Source: a virus. Taken from it: a stretch of 64,000 bases of DNA. A model generated the notes under the pieces. The model saw only the letters and a program-made list of their open reading frames with translations, did not search any database and was not told the origin of the DNA. Position numbers and translations under genes: made by a program. The DNA lies in the IMG/VR virus record IMGVR_UViG_3300028840_003497, positions 96,001 through 160,000 of that record. The stretch is one strand, 5' to 3'. Shown piece after piece: positions 16,525 to 26,444 of the stretch (positions are counted from its first letter, which is position 1; the number at the start of each line of letters is the position of its first letter).

Positions 16525-17115
16525 TCACACAGGAGTTGTGGATATCATAAACGACGTGAATATCTCAGGATCATTGAGATCGAATTCGAATTCGGCCCCA
16601 CGGACAGCGACAATCCCGGACAGTTCACCGACCTCAGATCGGTCGACGCGCACGCGAAAACCTTTCATCTCTCGGAATTCCCCATGCTCTCCAGTTATCA
16701 AGTATTCGTCCTCTACCACGAACTTGCGTTCACCGAATTTATCGAACCACCCGATCACATCCTCTGGGGAATCTCCGTACCCGCAGGTCAGCAAGCAAAC
16801 CGCGTGGCGCATCAGGGCGTTCACAAAATCATCAAAGTGCTGGAGGCAAGACATAACTACCATTTCATCGACCATCTTAATCGACCCTGCGAGACGCCAC
16901 TCCTCTCCCCAGTCTATAATCGATCCATGGACCTTCTCCTGGATTTCTCCGTTGAAGTCGAAGATGATCACATTCGTATTATCGTACTCAAACCGAGGCT
17001 TCCAATAGATATCAATGGCCTCGTCAGTCCGAACCCCCTTGATCCACAGACCTCTTCGACTTCGAGCCAAATACTCCGATGGCCCGAGTCCGTTCGCTAT
17101 TTCTGACTTTTTCAT
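16525..17115 (-). CDS. Hypothetical protein
   Basis: ORF with SD GGAGGAGG. Confidence 0.65.
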   Translation of the reverse strand: MKKSEIANGLGPSEYLARSRRGLWIKGVRTDEAIDIYWKPRFEYDNTNVIIFDFNGEIQEKVHGSIIDWGEEWRLAGSIKMVDEMVVMSCLQHFDDFVNALMRHAVCLLTCGYGDSPEDVIGWFDKFGERKFVVEDEYLITGEHGEFREMKGFRVRVDRSEVGELSGIVAVRGAEFEFDLNDPEIFTSFMISTTPV

Positions 17116-17390
17116 ATTCCTCCTCCGTCAGAACATCAGTGCGCCACACGTATCGAAAGATCCCCATTAAATATACACAGACAGCTTTTACATCCGGACC
17201 CGGACGTCTGTTGCTCTTCTCCTCCATCCGGTCCAGATGAGATCTGATCTTCTTTGTATAAGCTGGCTTTTTACAAGGCGTAAATCTAGGAATCTTCCTG
17301 ATCCCCTTCTCTCGATTGATCACGAAGTTCATATCTTTGGCCGTCCATAAATCTATTTTCATCTTATCAATATTGGACAGCACCCCACCA

Positions 17391-18464
17391 CTATTTCTTT
17401 TGGGATTCACGATCTTTCCGCATTTTCTCGCGCATTTCATCCAGATCGTTCTTGGCCTCCTCCTCGGACTTGGCCTCCTTCTCAGCATCCTTTTCTACTT
17501 CCTCGTCACTCTTTTGCTGATCGATCATGCGCTGCTCAAGGGTATCGACTGCAGACGAAACCGAGGCGATACGCTTACGCTTCATCTCTTCGACGCCCAT
17601 TGCCATAAACTCTGGCATCATAACGTTCTCCTCGTCGCCATTCGGAGACTCGTCGACAACACCCATTTCATTTTCCAACTCATCCTGGTCGTTCTCCGGT
17701 CCGTTCGTGTTGATTCGATTCTCACTTGGATCTTCATCCGGAATCCCGCCAAGAAGTCGTTCTAACATCGAAGCCTTCTCCAGGATGTTACCGATCTTGA
17801 CTTTCGCCATGTTCGACCACACAGCACCTTCCTCCTCCGTCGGGACCGATCCGATGCGACCAACATCTCCATCCGGCATCGCGTTCCCGGCCTCCTCGTA
17901 GGAACTCGCTGCCTCAGCCAACGATCCGAATACCTGTGTAACATCCCCATCTTTAATCACGAACACATCCAATTCTTCTGCACTAACAGTGAATTTCTCT
18001 AATGCGTCCTCGCGCTGCAATTCCTGCATCGCCTTCGGGATCATGCCGATTGGAAATGTCGCCCCCGGAGGAAGCACCCAAAGGTGCGCCTGATGATCGG
18101 CGATCTGACCCATGCGGCGCATCTCGGACGGAAACAGTTCGACACCCTCCGCCATTCCGCTGAGCAACTCACTCTTGATAGCCTGCTTTTCGGCCCACGG
18201 AATCTCAATTTTTTTCCTGTCATGACGAGCAATGATGAGGTGGATAACTTCCATCGGCTGCGGACGACCATCAGGCCCTGGAACAGAGAACGCATCCGAC
18301 ATTGTCTTCTTCAGAAAAACGCCGTATTTATTGTTCTCGAACGTGGCGATGACTCCCATCTCCTCAGCCCCCTCCGGATTCTTGATCCGAAAGAACTCCG
18401 TCATTGGACCACTCATCTTGTTGCGATCGATCCTGTGAACTTTTCTTGTTTTTTTGCCAGCCAT
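17391..18464 (-). CDS. Hypothetical protein with acidic C-terminus
   Basis: 357-aa ORF with SD GAAGGAG. Confidence 0.7.
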   Translation of the reverse strand: MAGKKTRKVHRIDRNKMSGPMTEFFRIKNPEGAEEMGVIATFENNKYGVFLKKTMSDAFSVPGPDGRPQPMEVIHLIIARHDRKKIEIPWAEKQAIKSELLSGMAEGVELFPSEMRRMGQIADHQAHLWVLPPGATFPIGMIPKAMQELQREDALEKFTVSAEELDVFVIKDGDVTQVFGSLAEAASSYEEAGNAMPDGDVGRIGSVPTEEEGAVWSNMAKVKIGNILEKASMLERLLGGIPDEDPSENRINTNGPENDQDELENEMGVVDESPNGDEENVMMPEFMAMGVEEMKRKRIASVSSAVDTLEQRMIDQQKSDEEVEKDAEKEAKSEEEAKNDLDEMREKMRKDRESQKK

Positions 18465-18657
18465 TATTCTTCTCCTTCAATATCCATGCGCTCACATTCG
18501 AGCGTTGTGATTCTCTTCGTCATCAGAAAGTTTCCGTTCTTCTCATTCTCCCAAAGGATCTGAAACATCCGAACTTTCTTCCTCATGGACAGCCATGAGA
18601 TCAGGGTACCAACAAGCATTCCCCCAGCGAACAATCCCACATTTAAAACCCAGTACA

Positions 18658-19191
18658 TCACTTGTCTTTCATCTCCTCGGACCACCGTACAAGATTACGA
18701 CGTAGAATCATCGCAGAAGCGTGCAATGGACCCCTCTGAAAAGTCGGCCCCGATTCACCTGTTTCCGGGTTTACACCGCATATCTGAGGACAATACCCCG
18801 ACGGATACCCTTCCACCATAATCCACTCATCTATAATTGTGCCAATACCAGCCTTCCCTGTCTGAAGCAGGTTTGATGCCATCCGGCACTCGTTCTCTAC
18901 CCAAGACCGCGCCAAATCAAATCTGGTTGTTTCCAAATTGACCATATGCTCGGACTTGGGGAGATCTTCAACTATCCCGCGACCATGCGATAGAGTTATG
19001 TCTATCCGAACAATACGCCCCTTGAACCACGCAGTTTTCAGATAAAGATCATGCTGTCCGATTTCGATCTTTGCACTAATACCAGAGAGTCCGACCCCGC
19101 GCATCGCAGCATCGATCTCCCGCCATTCCTTGTTTTCCGAAAGGGACGGTCCATCTGCAAGCAATTCCTGTAACTTGTTTTCTTGGTTCAT
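18658..19191 (-). CDS. Stand-alone protein resembling the class II ribonucleotide reductase C-terminal (TSCPD-like) domain
   Basis: KIEIGQHDLYL...RIDITLS...ASNLLQTG pattern; weak resemblance. Confidence 0.4.
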   Translation of the reverse strand: MNQENKLQELLADGPSLSENKEWREIDAAMRGVGLSGISAKIEIGQHDLYLKTAWFKGRIVRIDITLSHGRGIVEDLPKSEHMVNLETTRFDLARSWVENECRMASNLLQTGKAGIGTIIDEWIMVEGYPSGYCPQICGVNPETGESGPTFQRGPLHASAMILRRNLVRWSEEMKDK

Positions 19192-19514
19192 ATCTGTGGA
19201 ACCTCTCTTATATCCTCTGGGACATTTTTCATAGCCTCAAGAAACATCCGTGTGGCCTCACACTCCCCTACAACTCCAACCAGCGCGTTCATCGCACCCA
19301 TATAGCGTCTCATAAACTGAAGGCAGTTCTGTTCCAGCATCCCGTGCCTGAGACGAATATACTCTACCGATAACATGTGGGATATTTGTCCATGATTCGC
19401 TGGATCATCGAGGCCAAGGATTTTCTTGGCAGTGTCCGGAATTTGTTCAATCCGGGCCTCTATATAATCCTGCGGCTCCATCGTCGCAATATTCGGTTTT
19501 CCATCAGTCATCAA
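19188..19514 (-). CDS. Hypothetical protein
   Basis: ORF on the coding strand. Confidence 0.55.
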   Translation of the reverse strand: MMTDGKPNIATMEPQDYIEARIEQIPDTAKKILGLDDPANHGQISHMLSVEYIRLRHGMLEQNCLQFMRRYMGAMNALVGVVGECEATRMFLEAMKNVPEDIREVPQI

Positions 19515-19532
19515 ATATCAGCCTTCAACAAC

Positions 19533-19602
19533 AAAAAAACTGCCGACTGCCCGGGTTCGGATGTGGGGGGGGACATCCGGGAGACCCGGGTCAGCCGGGC
19601 AG
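19533..19602 (-). terminator. Long-hairpin intrinsic terminator candidate
   Basis: Interrupted stem CTGCC-CGGCTG-A-CCCGGGT...CGGATGT-C8-ACATCCG...ACCCGGG-CAGTCG-GCAG followed by T7. Confidence 0.7.
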
Positions 19603-19607
19603 CAAGA

Positions 19608-20459
19608 CTAAATCTCGTTAGACTGCGCTCCTAGCTGCCGAGCCCACCGAGTTATTTTAGCATCATACCATTCACAACGGTAACCACGCCAGTATAACCA
19701 TGGCCTTTTCGACTTAAAAATGCGCCCTCTCTTCCTCATTGCATAAGCCGCCTCCGTAGCGCTCCCACGAACAGACAGCATATTCGCAAAATCCCGTGGG
19801 TTCGAATAAAACCTCGACAGCAATTGCGCCGTCCCGAGATCGAACCCCGATTTATTGTAATACGTGTTCATGTCTTCATTCTGAACCACGGCAAGAATCT
19901 CATCCTCTGTGTGCGATATGCATCGCTTCTTCTTCTTAAGGATCCCTAGCCGATATGCCGTCTTCCTCGGATGCGTGCCGAGAGCACATCTGTCGAACTG
20001 AGACTCGTTTCGGATCGTCCCGGCCAACCCCCAAGGATTAAGAGTGAACCCTGCATCATCGGATTCATCGGAGACCTCGTCAGCGGCTCTCACAATTTCA
20101 TATGCATAGAACAGCGCCCTATCCTCGATCTCCTTTTCTCCATCCATCAACTCTCCGCACTCCCACCATCCATCCTTTTTATAATTGGCAATACCATCTG
20201 CCAAACGACCAATGATCTGCAATTGATGCTTGCTCAGTGGATCAATGGTTACCTTCTCTTGTCCTGTATCTTTCTTCACATTCGCCAATGTTACAGGAAG
20301 CTCATCTGGTTCAAAAATATCGCTCCCACAAAACGGCACATAATCTCCCCCTCGATCCTGCGCCTCCAAAACAATATCAGAACTCGGCCACGCCACGGCA
20401 GCCAATGCTCCGATGGCCAATATAGAGGCCATTACAATCAATCTAATAATCTTTTTCAT
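19608..20459 (-). CDS. Membrane-anchored/secreted lysozyme-like (SLT-like) protein
   Basis: N-terminal hydrophobic segment; IRNESQFD and DLGTAQL resemble lytic transglycosylase motifs. Confidence 0.5.
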   Translation of the reverse strand: MKKIIRLIVMASILAIGALAAVAWPSSDIVLEAQDRGGDYVPFCGSDIFEPDELPVTLANVKKDTGQEKVTIDPLSKHQLQIIGRLADGIANYKKDGWWECGELMDGEKEIEDRALFYAYEIVRAADEVSDESDDAGFTLNPWGLAGTIRNESQFDRCALGTHPRKTAYRLGILKKKKRCISHTEDEILAVVQNEDMNTYYNKSGFDLGTAQLLSRFYSNPRDFANMLSVRGSATEAAYAMRKRGRIFKSKRPWLYWRGYRCEWYDAKITRWARQLGAQSNEI

Positions 20460-20544
20460 CTCTTCCTCCTCGCCAGACACTGCACAATCCAATAAATGTT
20501 CCGGCTTTAGAACAAGACATTATACCCTTTATCTCTATTAATCG

Positions 20545-21018
20545 TCAAAAGTCCCCTCGCAGAGAATCCACAGTATGGCTCCCGCATCTCGGACAGACAT
20601 GATTTTCTTTCTGATCCAACGTCTGAGGCTCTGGGGAATCCAGACCGTTCCACCCGCATTCTTCTACCTCCAAGCGGAGATGTTTGCACGTCTCCCGGAA
20701 CTTAAACCCAGGGCATGTGCATCCTATTTCTCCCTGAACAAAAGACCCGCTAACCTCGTACATAGTTTCTGGATCCGACGAAGACGGAATAGAAATCACA
20801 AACGTCTTTCGATCAGCTTGGCACGCCTGGAACGTCCTTATCTTACGTTGATGATCCTCTTCTTTTTTTACAGTATCAAACACCTGGTCCTCCCTGCCGC
20901 AATCCTCGCAGCCATCGATCAACATACTGCCGTCTTTACACCGATTTGTCAACAGCATCCTCCGGATCAATCCCATAGATCTTACACGATCCTTTTGCAA
21001 AAATAATAGCCCGTTCAC
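20545..21018 (-). CDS. SWIM zinc-finger protein
   Basis: CTCPGFKFRETCKH plus C-terminal CPRCG; true start probably downstream. Confidence 0.75.
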   Translation of the reverse strand: MNGLLFLQKDRVRSMGLIRRMLLTNRCKDGSMLIDGCEDCGREDQVFDTVKKEEDHQRKIRTFQACQADRKTFVISIPSSSDPETMYEVSGSFVQGEIGCTCPGFKFRETCKHLRLEVEECGWNGLDSPEPQTLDQKENHVCPRCGSHTVDSLRGDF

Positions 21019-21367
21019 ATTGCTTCTTTGTGAATCGCCCGATGTGACAATCGCTCTCCGTCATCCGCATATGAGATTGCAACTTACGATACGCTCCCCC
21101 GCGCGAGAGGTTCCCTGTCTTCCATAAAGCATCGAACCAACGATGCAATTCCCTCCTGGCATCGCGAGTTTCCTTATTAGCCGGAATCCCCAGCGGAGAT
21201 CCGTCAGGATGACACCCGTGGAAACACTTGCATTTAGGAAAGTTGTCACAGCTATAAAAACGTCCACTCCTCATGTCAACAAGATGCATCTGCCCACCGC
21301 ACTGTGGACACTCCAATACCGTCTCGCCATCATTCGACTCACCAGTAAACGCATTAACTATCCTCAT
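20936..21367 (-). CDS. DUF3268-like zinc-finger protein
   Basis: CPQCG...C...C..GCHP...PLG.PAN...H..FD.LW...CHIG.F...QC. Confidence 0.8.
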   Translation of the reverse strand: MRIVNAFTGESNDGETVLECPQCGGQMHLVDMRSGRFYSCDNFPKCKCFHGCHPDGSPLGIPANKETRDARRELHRWFDALWKTGNLSRGGAYRKLQSHMRMTESDCHIGRFTKKQCERAIIFAKGSCKIYGIDPEDAVDKSV

Positions 21368-23046
21368 TAATTTCTCATCGACAGCTTGAATAACTGACTA
21401 CCGCGTGCAAACAAGACCTCATTTCCACGTTTAAACAGACGCATATCGCCTCCTATCATCGGATCCGAGATGCGCTTCACACCGTCTACTGTCGGCGTCG
21501 CCCCGAAGAGTACCAGATCCTCCACCTCGTCGATATGAGCACAGACCCCCTTGTCCAGGGTCACGAAGTTGATCCCGGAGTAGGCGACGTCCTCGTCCTT
21601 CCAAAACAGGATCGCATTCACGTAATCGCGCTCGAAACGATAGACAAACTTGTCGTACTGGCCGTTCTTCGTACCGATCACAATCATCACCCGGTGATCA
21701 TGTTTGGCATCAACAATCCGGTACCCGTCCAACTCTTTTAGCCGAACCTGATTACACATCTGCGATCCAGGAAACACCGAGGCATACCAGGATCCCAGCA
21801 TGTTTTGGATCGCCACTCCATCAAACAGTTGTGTTGCCATCGGCATCACATTCGCCACAGGATGTGGGAAGACCTGCGTGTTATTCCCGACCTTCCTGAT
21901 CATCAACTCGATCACGTTCTCGTCGTAATGAATGTAAAAACGGCCATCGTAGGCCATCATTGATTGACAGGGCGCACGTTGCCCCACAGGGAGCAGCGTC
22001 TTTGCATTGACCAAGTATGCCTCCCCACCTTCACGTCGCCCGTACAAGGGATCCTGATCGCTCGTGTGGCCGAAACATCCGTCCCCCTGGATGGAGAACG
22101 GTGTCCCTCGATCCTTCGTGAGGCACACGACAGACCCGTCCATCGCAATAAGGTCGAACCCATCAATCCTATCGTATCGAAAGATATTCCGTTCGAGGCC
22201 GAACACCTCGGATATCTTGAGTCGGTCCGTACTCGAAATATTTCGAGGAGCTACAAAGACCACCCCCAATCCTAAACCCTTCGGCGGAGGCACCCGACGA
22301 CCATCCTCGAACACTGCCTTATACCAGCGCCTGTACGCCTCCGGGATCGTCTCGAAGCTCGGGACCATCTTCGGGACCTTCACGTCGTCGTTGAACACCG
22401 AGAGGTTCTGCAGCATCCGATCTGCCATCTTCTTCACCGACGGGTGCTTGCCCTTAAACGGATGAATCCCGGTGAACAACTGAAATGTCACAATGCCCCA
22501 GGAAAACCAGTCGGTCTCCCGCGTCCAACTCTTGGCCTGCCAGTCCCGGATGCTGTCCATGATCGCCGTCGCCGGATAACTCTTAGTCTGATAACTATCG
22601 ACATCGATCCAGAAAACATCGCTCCCTTTCAGAAGCAGATTCATCTCGTTCAAATCGACCACTAGAACATCGGCGGAGTGGATCCCCTCTAATCCGTCCT
22701 GCATATCGCGGACGATACCGAACACATCGTCGGGGCCGATTCCATTCCTCTTCTTGTACGCCTTCGTGAATAACTGACAAATGGGGGACGCATCCTTCAC
22801 AAATCTCATCGAATATCCAACCGGTTTGTTGCGTGAATCCAATAGCACATTGAGAGGCTTTATGACGTTCTTGTTTCTGATCTTCGACAACTCCTCGATT
22901 TTTTGCTCTGGGATCATTTTTTTTGGGTTTGCATAGATCTTGTATGCCGTGCTGCCACGGACATACACACTACCTTCGCCACCCGAACCCACAAAATCAC
23001 GCTTCGACAGACTAACCTGACCGCCCCCCAGGATCTTGATTTTCAT
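21367..23046 (-). CDS. Ser/Thr protein kinase (TerY-P triad type)
   Basis: GSGGEGSVY, AYKIY, DLNEMN, IDVDSYQ, TDWFS, GIHPFKG. Confidence 0.9.
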   Translation of the reverse strand: MKIKILGGGQVSLSKRDFVGSGGEGSVYVRGSTAYKIYANPKKMIPEQKIEELSKIRNKNVIKPLNVLLDSRNKPVGYSMRFVKDASPICQLFTKAYKKRNGIGPDDVFGIVRDMQDGLEGIHSADVLVVDLNEMNLLLKGSDVFWIDVDSYQTKSYPATAIMDSIRDWQAKSWTRETDWFSWGIVTFQLFTGIHPFKGKHPSVKKMADRMLQNLSVFNDDVKVPKMVPSFETIPEAYRRWYKAVFEDGRRVPPPKGLGLGVVFVAPRNISSTDRLKISEVFGLERNIFRYDRIDGFDLIAMDGSVVCLTKDRGTPFSIQGDGCFGHTSDQDPLYGRREGGEAYLVNAKTLLPVGQRAPCQSMMAYDGRFYIHYDENVIELMIRKVGNNTQVFPHPVANVMPMATQLFDGVAIQNMLGSWYASVFPGSQMCNQVRLKELDGYRIVDAKHDHRVMIVIGTKNGQYDKFVYRFERDYVNAILFWKDEDVAYSGINFVTLDKGVCAHIDEVEDLVLFGATPTVDGVKRISDPMIGGDMRLFKRGNEVLFARGSQLFKLSMRN

Positions 23047-23171
23047 CTCAACCCCTTGTCAGGATGTTCGATCAGGACAAACTTTGAAATATCATCTTGA
23101 AAATGATTCCCGTATTCTGGGCTGTCGTCGATCATCAGATCAATCTCGTATTCCTTGCAAATCTTCGCCTT
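23043..23171 (-). pseudogene. C-terminal fragment of a HAD-family phosphatase
   Basis: Frame reads KAKICKEYEIDLMIDDSPEY...; its stop overlaps the kinase ATG; no N-terminal DxD motif. Confidence 0.6.
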
Positions 23172-23484
23172 CCCCATGAATTAAGATTTCACCAGGATCC
23201 GGACGATAACTCTCCAGCCACTCCAGGTAATACCGATAAAAATAAGGACACTTGCTCCGAAGGAAGTCTATCTCGTCCTTGGTGAACTTGAGTTCGCAAT
23301 ATGCCTGAATCTGTTCCTTGAGCCGATCCACGAAGGATGACCCCCAAGGCGTCTCGCCCCTGTCGATGAAACGGTATTCGACAACCGCGTCCGGGAAGAG
23401 CCGGAACACGGCGTTCTGCATGCTAAATTTATAGAGATCATCGTCTAAAAGGCTACTAATAATACAACTATCAATATTGCTCAT
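23140..23484 (-). pseudogene. pncB: Nicotinate phosphoribosyltransferase, N-terminal fragment only
   Basis: IISSLLDDDLYKFSMQNAV...YRFIDR...LKFTKDEIDFL; stops after 114 aa. Confidence 0.8.
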
Positions 23485-23488
23485 TTTG

Positions 23489-24094
23489 TTAACACTCCAC
23501 GCCAAACTCGCGCTCGGCCATCCTCTGGTTGTCGATCGGAATCAGAGCACCAAGATTCGATTCGTAAAGCGCCACGTAGACATCCCCTGCCCACTCCCCC
23601 AGTGCATTGTACGGCATATTGGCGATATAGAATAGCTGGCTCATCGAGTGCTGCCCGGTCGGACCTGAGTGGCAAAGAACACCCTCCACGAATTCCGTCG
23701 CGTTCCCGAAGTCCACCTCCTTATGCATCTCATCCTTCGAGTACGACGGGAGCGGCTTGACTATGTGCATCTGCTCCCTGAACCGGTTACCACCCTCGTC
23801 GTAGTCGGCGTCGTCCCCGACGTAAATGTACGGCCCATTGGCTTCGAACTGCCATCTGGTTGGATCGAAGATCGTCCCGTCCGGCATCAGCACCCAGCCA
23901 TGAACAACAAGGGTCTTGTTACCACACCGCTCGTCCCACGGAGATCCATCCTCGATGTACCCGAGAAAGTGCCCGTAGACCGGATGCCCATCGACAACCC
24001 CGGCCTTTACGCACTCGCACGCAATCCCGTAACACTGAGCCACCCAGTCCTCGACCGGAATACCAATTTCCTCCGCCACTTTGTTAATATCCAT
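23489..24094 (-). CDS. Hypothetical protein
   Basis: Own promoter near 24160; C...HGW...DPT pattern suggests a papain/transglutaminase-like fold (weak). Confidence 0.6.
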   Translation of the reverse strand: MDINKVAEEIGIPVEDWVAQCYGIACECVKAGVVDGHPVYGHFLGYIEDGSPWDERCGNKTLVVHGWVLMPDGTIFDPTRWQFEANGPYIYVGDDADYDEGGNRFREQMHIVKPLPSYSKDEMHKEVDFGNATEFVEGVLCHSGPTGQHSMSQLFYIANMPYNALGEWAGDVYVALYESNLGALIPIDNQRMAEREFGVEC

Positions 24095-24160
24095 TTGTAT
24101 CCTCCCGCCGTCATCTCGACGGCTATCTTACAGACACCTTAGTCCGTCCAGTAGCGTTTG

Positions 24161-25051
24161 TCAACCTACATGAACCGCTCCCATAGACAGATCGTCGTCG
24201 TGGCTCCACCCGCGCTTCTCACATTCGCGCAGGAAGCCCTGCATTCGCCGCTTAACGAACTCTCCCTTGTACCCTTTGAACTCCATCATCTCGCGGACCA
24301 CGTCCAGCCAGGGAACGCTCTGGCGATCCTGATCGACGAAGCTTTTCACTCCGTCCGAAAATACAGCCACTGTCTCGATGAAATCATCATCGTCCACGCA
24401 ACCCGGATCTTCGCCATCGGTCGTCAGATCCCTCACCCCATCCGGATATCCCCGGAAATAATCCTGGCGGAACAAGTCCAGATCGTTGCTCCAGAAACAT
24501 CTCTCGTCTTGCTCAATCGTGTCTCCGTTCTCGTGAACGTAGTCCACCCTCCACCCCTTCTCGGGATCCTCTCGCATCCTCTGCTGGACCGCCATCAAAC
24601 GGGACCGGCTCAAAAAATAGGACGGGTAGAGAGGAAATCCCGACGGTGAAACGATGTCAAAAATCGCGATCCCTCCTAAATGCATCCGGAACGCAATCGT
24701 CCCGTCGCCCATCCCGAAAACGTTAATCCTGTGATCGACAAACACCCCGAGCAACGTCGCATCAAGCATCTCCTCCGGCATCCCCATTAGACGCTGGATC
24801 GCAGCTGCCGAAGCGACGATATGACGCATGTCATGTGCGTCCTCGATTCCGAGCCGCCGCAGAAGAAACTGCTCCGCCGAAGACACAATCACCCGGGCTC
24901 CCACATCCGAGTCCTGGCTACCGGAACACCCGTCCGACACGAAGGCATACCCGAGCCCCTTTGCGCGCCCGGCAACCTCCCCAGATCTCGCGTAGTCCTC
25001 GCAGACCTTGTGCGAGTGCCCTATCGTAAATGCGTGATCAGCTTGCATCAA
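24161..25051 (-). CDS. PP2C-family phosphatase
   Basis: GHSH..CED, VSDGCSG, GMGDG, FSDG, DDLS. Confidence 0.88.
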   Translation of the reverse strand: MMQADHAFTIGHSHKVCEDYARSGEVAGRAKGLGYAFVSDGCSGSQDSDVGARVIVSSAEQFLLRRLGIEDAHDMRHIVASAAAIQRLMGMPEEMLDATLLGVFVDHRINVFGMGDGTIAFRMHLGGIAIFDIVSPSGFPLYPSYFLSRSRLMAVQQRMREDPEKGWRVDYVHENGDTIEQDERCFWSNDLDLFRQDYFRGYPDGVRDLTTDGEDPGCVDDDDFIETVAVFSDGVKSFVDQDRQSVPWLDVVREMMEFKGYKGEFVKRRMQGFLRECEKRGWSHDDDLSMGAVHVG

Positions 25052-25605
25052 CCACCTCCGTTGGCGGCCAGGACCTTCAGGTACTCGACCACCTTCTCGT
25101 CGGTCCAGGCATGAATACCAGTTTCCAACTTGGTAACGTTCTCATCCGGAAACAGTTCTCTACCGCTCTTCTCGATCAGCGTGTCCTTCCAATCGATACT
25201 CGTCACCCTCTTGCGGTCGCCGATCTCTATGTGACCGAGGCGTGTCATCACCTTGAACCATGGTCTGTGGAGGCAGCACGAATTGGGGCAGTAGCCGTTC
25301 GGTAGTTCCTCCATAAAAATTGGACCAAGCCCAGCATCGAGAAACATCCCCATGAACCGATCTCGCATCGCCTTCTTCTTGACCTCCGTCTCCGGGTCCA
25401 ACATCACCGTCGTAGCTTCCAAACCTTCTAAGAGAGCACTCCTGGCTTCACGGAGAGTATTCCAGTCAGCGTCATTATCCAATGAACGCTGTGACATCTT
25501 CACGTAGATCATCACGCCTATCATGTCAGATCCTAAGCGCTCCTCGTAGGTGGCCAATTCGTACCCATCGTCCAGTGGCCTCGCAGGGTCAAGTCCAGCA
25601 CGCAT
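25048..25605 (-). CDS. Hypothetical protein
   Basis: ORF coupled to both neighbours by overlapping start/stop codons. Confidence 0.65.
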   Translation of the reverse strand: MRAGLDPARPLDDGYELATYEERLGSDMIGVMIYVKMSQRSLDNDADWNTLREARSALLEGLEATTVMLDPETEVKKKAMRDRFMGMFLDAGLGPIFMEELPNGYCPNSCCLHRPWFKVMTRLGHIEIGDRKRVTSIDWKDTLIEKSGRELFPDENVTKLETGIHAWTDEKVVEYLKVLAANGGG

Positions 25606-26360
25606 CAGATACTCAGCGACGTTGGCTGCGACGCTCCTCCTGTGCCCAACGCCTGACTTTGAGCACTAATGCTCTTGCTTACAAACTCGGCCAACTTAGC
25701 GAGCGTCTTTGCATTGGCATCTTTGGTCTCGACATACTGAGTAATGCCAGCCGCATCTTTGAAATCATTCAAGTACTTGTCAATGTCTGGGTAACTGCCC
25801 ACGCCCACGCCGACAAGGATCGACACCATGCTCTCTGTCGCCTCGGATCTGGTCGCATCAATCAACGCTTTTTTGACCGCGCTTGCGCTCACCGCCGAAC
25901 TGTTGTCGTCTCCGTCCGTGAGGATGAAGACGATGCTGTTCACCGCGAAATCGCTGTCGGTGAGACTCTTGGCGTAGTCGACCGCCGAGAGGACCGCGTT
26001 CTCCGACGCATCGAACAGGGCTGTCCCGCCTCCGCAATTCAGGATCCCGTCGTAGTCTCCGATATTGCAGTTTTCCAACAGCTTGTATCCGTGAATCTCA
26101 TCCATCCGCTGGTTAAATGTCACCAGTCGGATCATCAGGTTGTCAGCCCTTGGCGAGAGTTTACAAGCATTGACGATCTCCTGAATCGCCTTCTCCAGAT
26201 CGACACTGAACCGATCAACACTCCCGCTCACATCCACGATTAGATCGACGGTAGTGTACTCGGTCGCACCCAACTCATCGATCCTGGTCGCGCTGTATCC
26301 GAAGGAAGTGTTCGGGAGCGACTTCTCCTCCATCATGGATTCATCATTTAGTTTCGGCAT
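25605..26360 (-). CDS. von Willebrand factor A (TerY-like) protein
   Basis: MIDAS DVSGS, GGTALFDA, LTDGDDN; LAEFVSKSISAQSQ tail. Confidence 0.88.
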   Translation of the reverse strand: MPKLNDESMMEEKSLPNTSFGYSATRIDELGATEYTTVDLIVDVSGSVDRFSVDLEKAIQEIVNACKLSPRADNLMIRLVTFNQRMDEIHGYKLLENCNIGDYDGILNCGGGTALFDASENAVLSAVDYAKSLTDSDFAVNSIVFILTDGDDNSSAVSASAVKKALIDATRSEATESMVSILVGVGVGSYPDIDKYLNDFKDAAGITQYVETKDANAKTLAKLAEFVSKSISAQSQALGTGGASQPTSLSI

Positions 26361-26444
26361 ATTCTTATCCTTTCCACAGGCTCATCTGGAACCATTTTAA
26401 AATTTTCAGACCTAAATTTTAATCCGCCACCGACGTTTTAAAAT

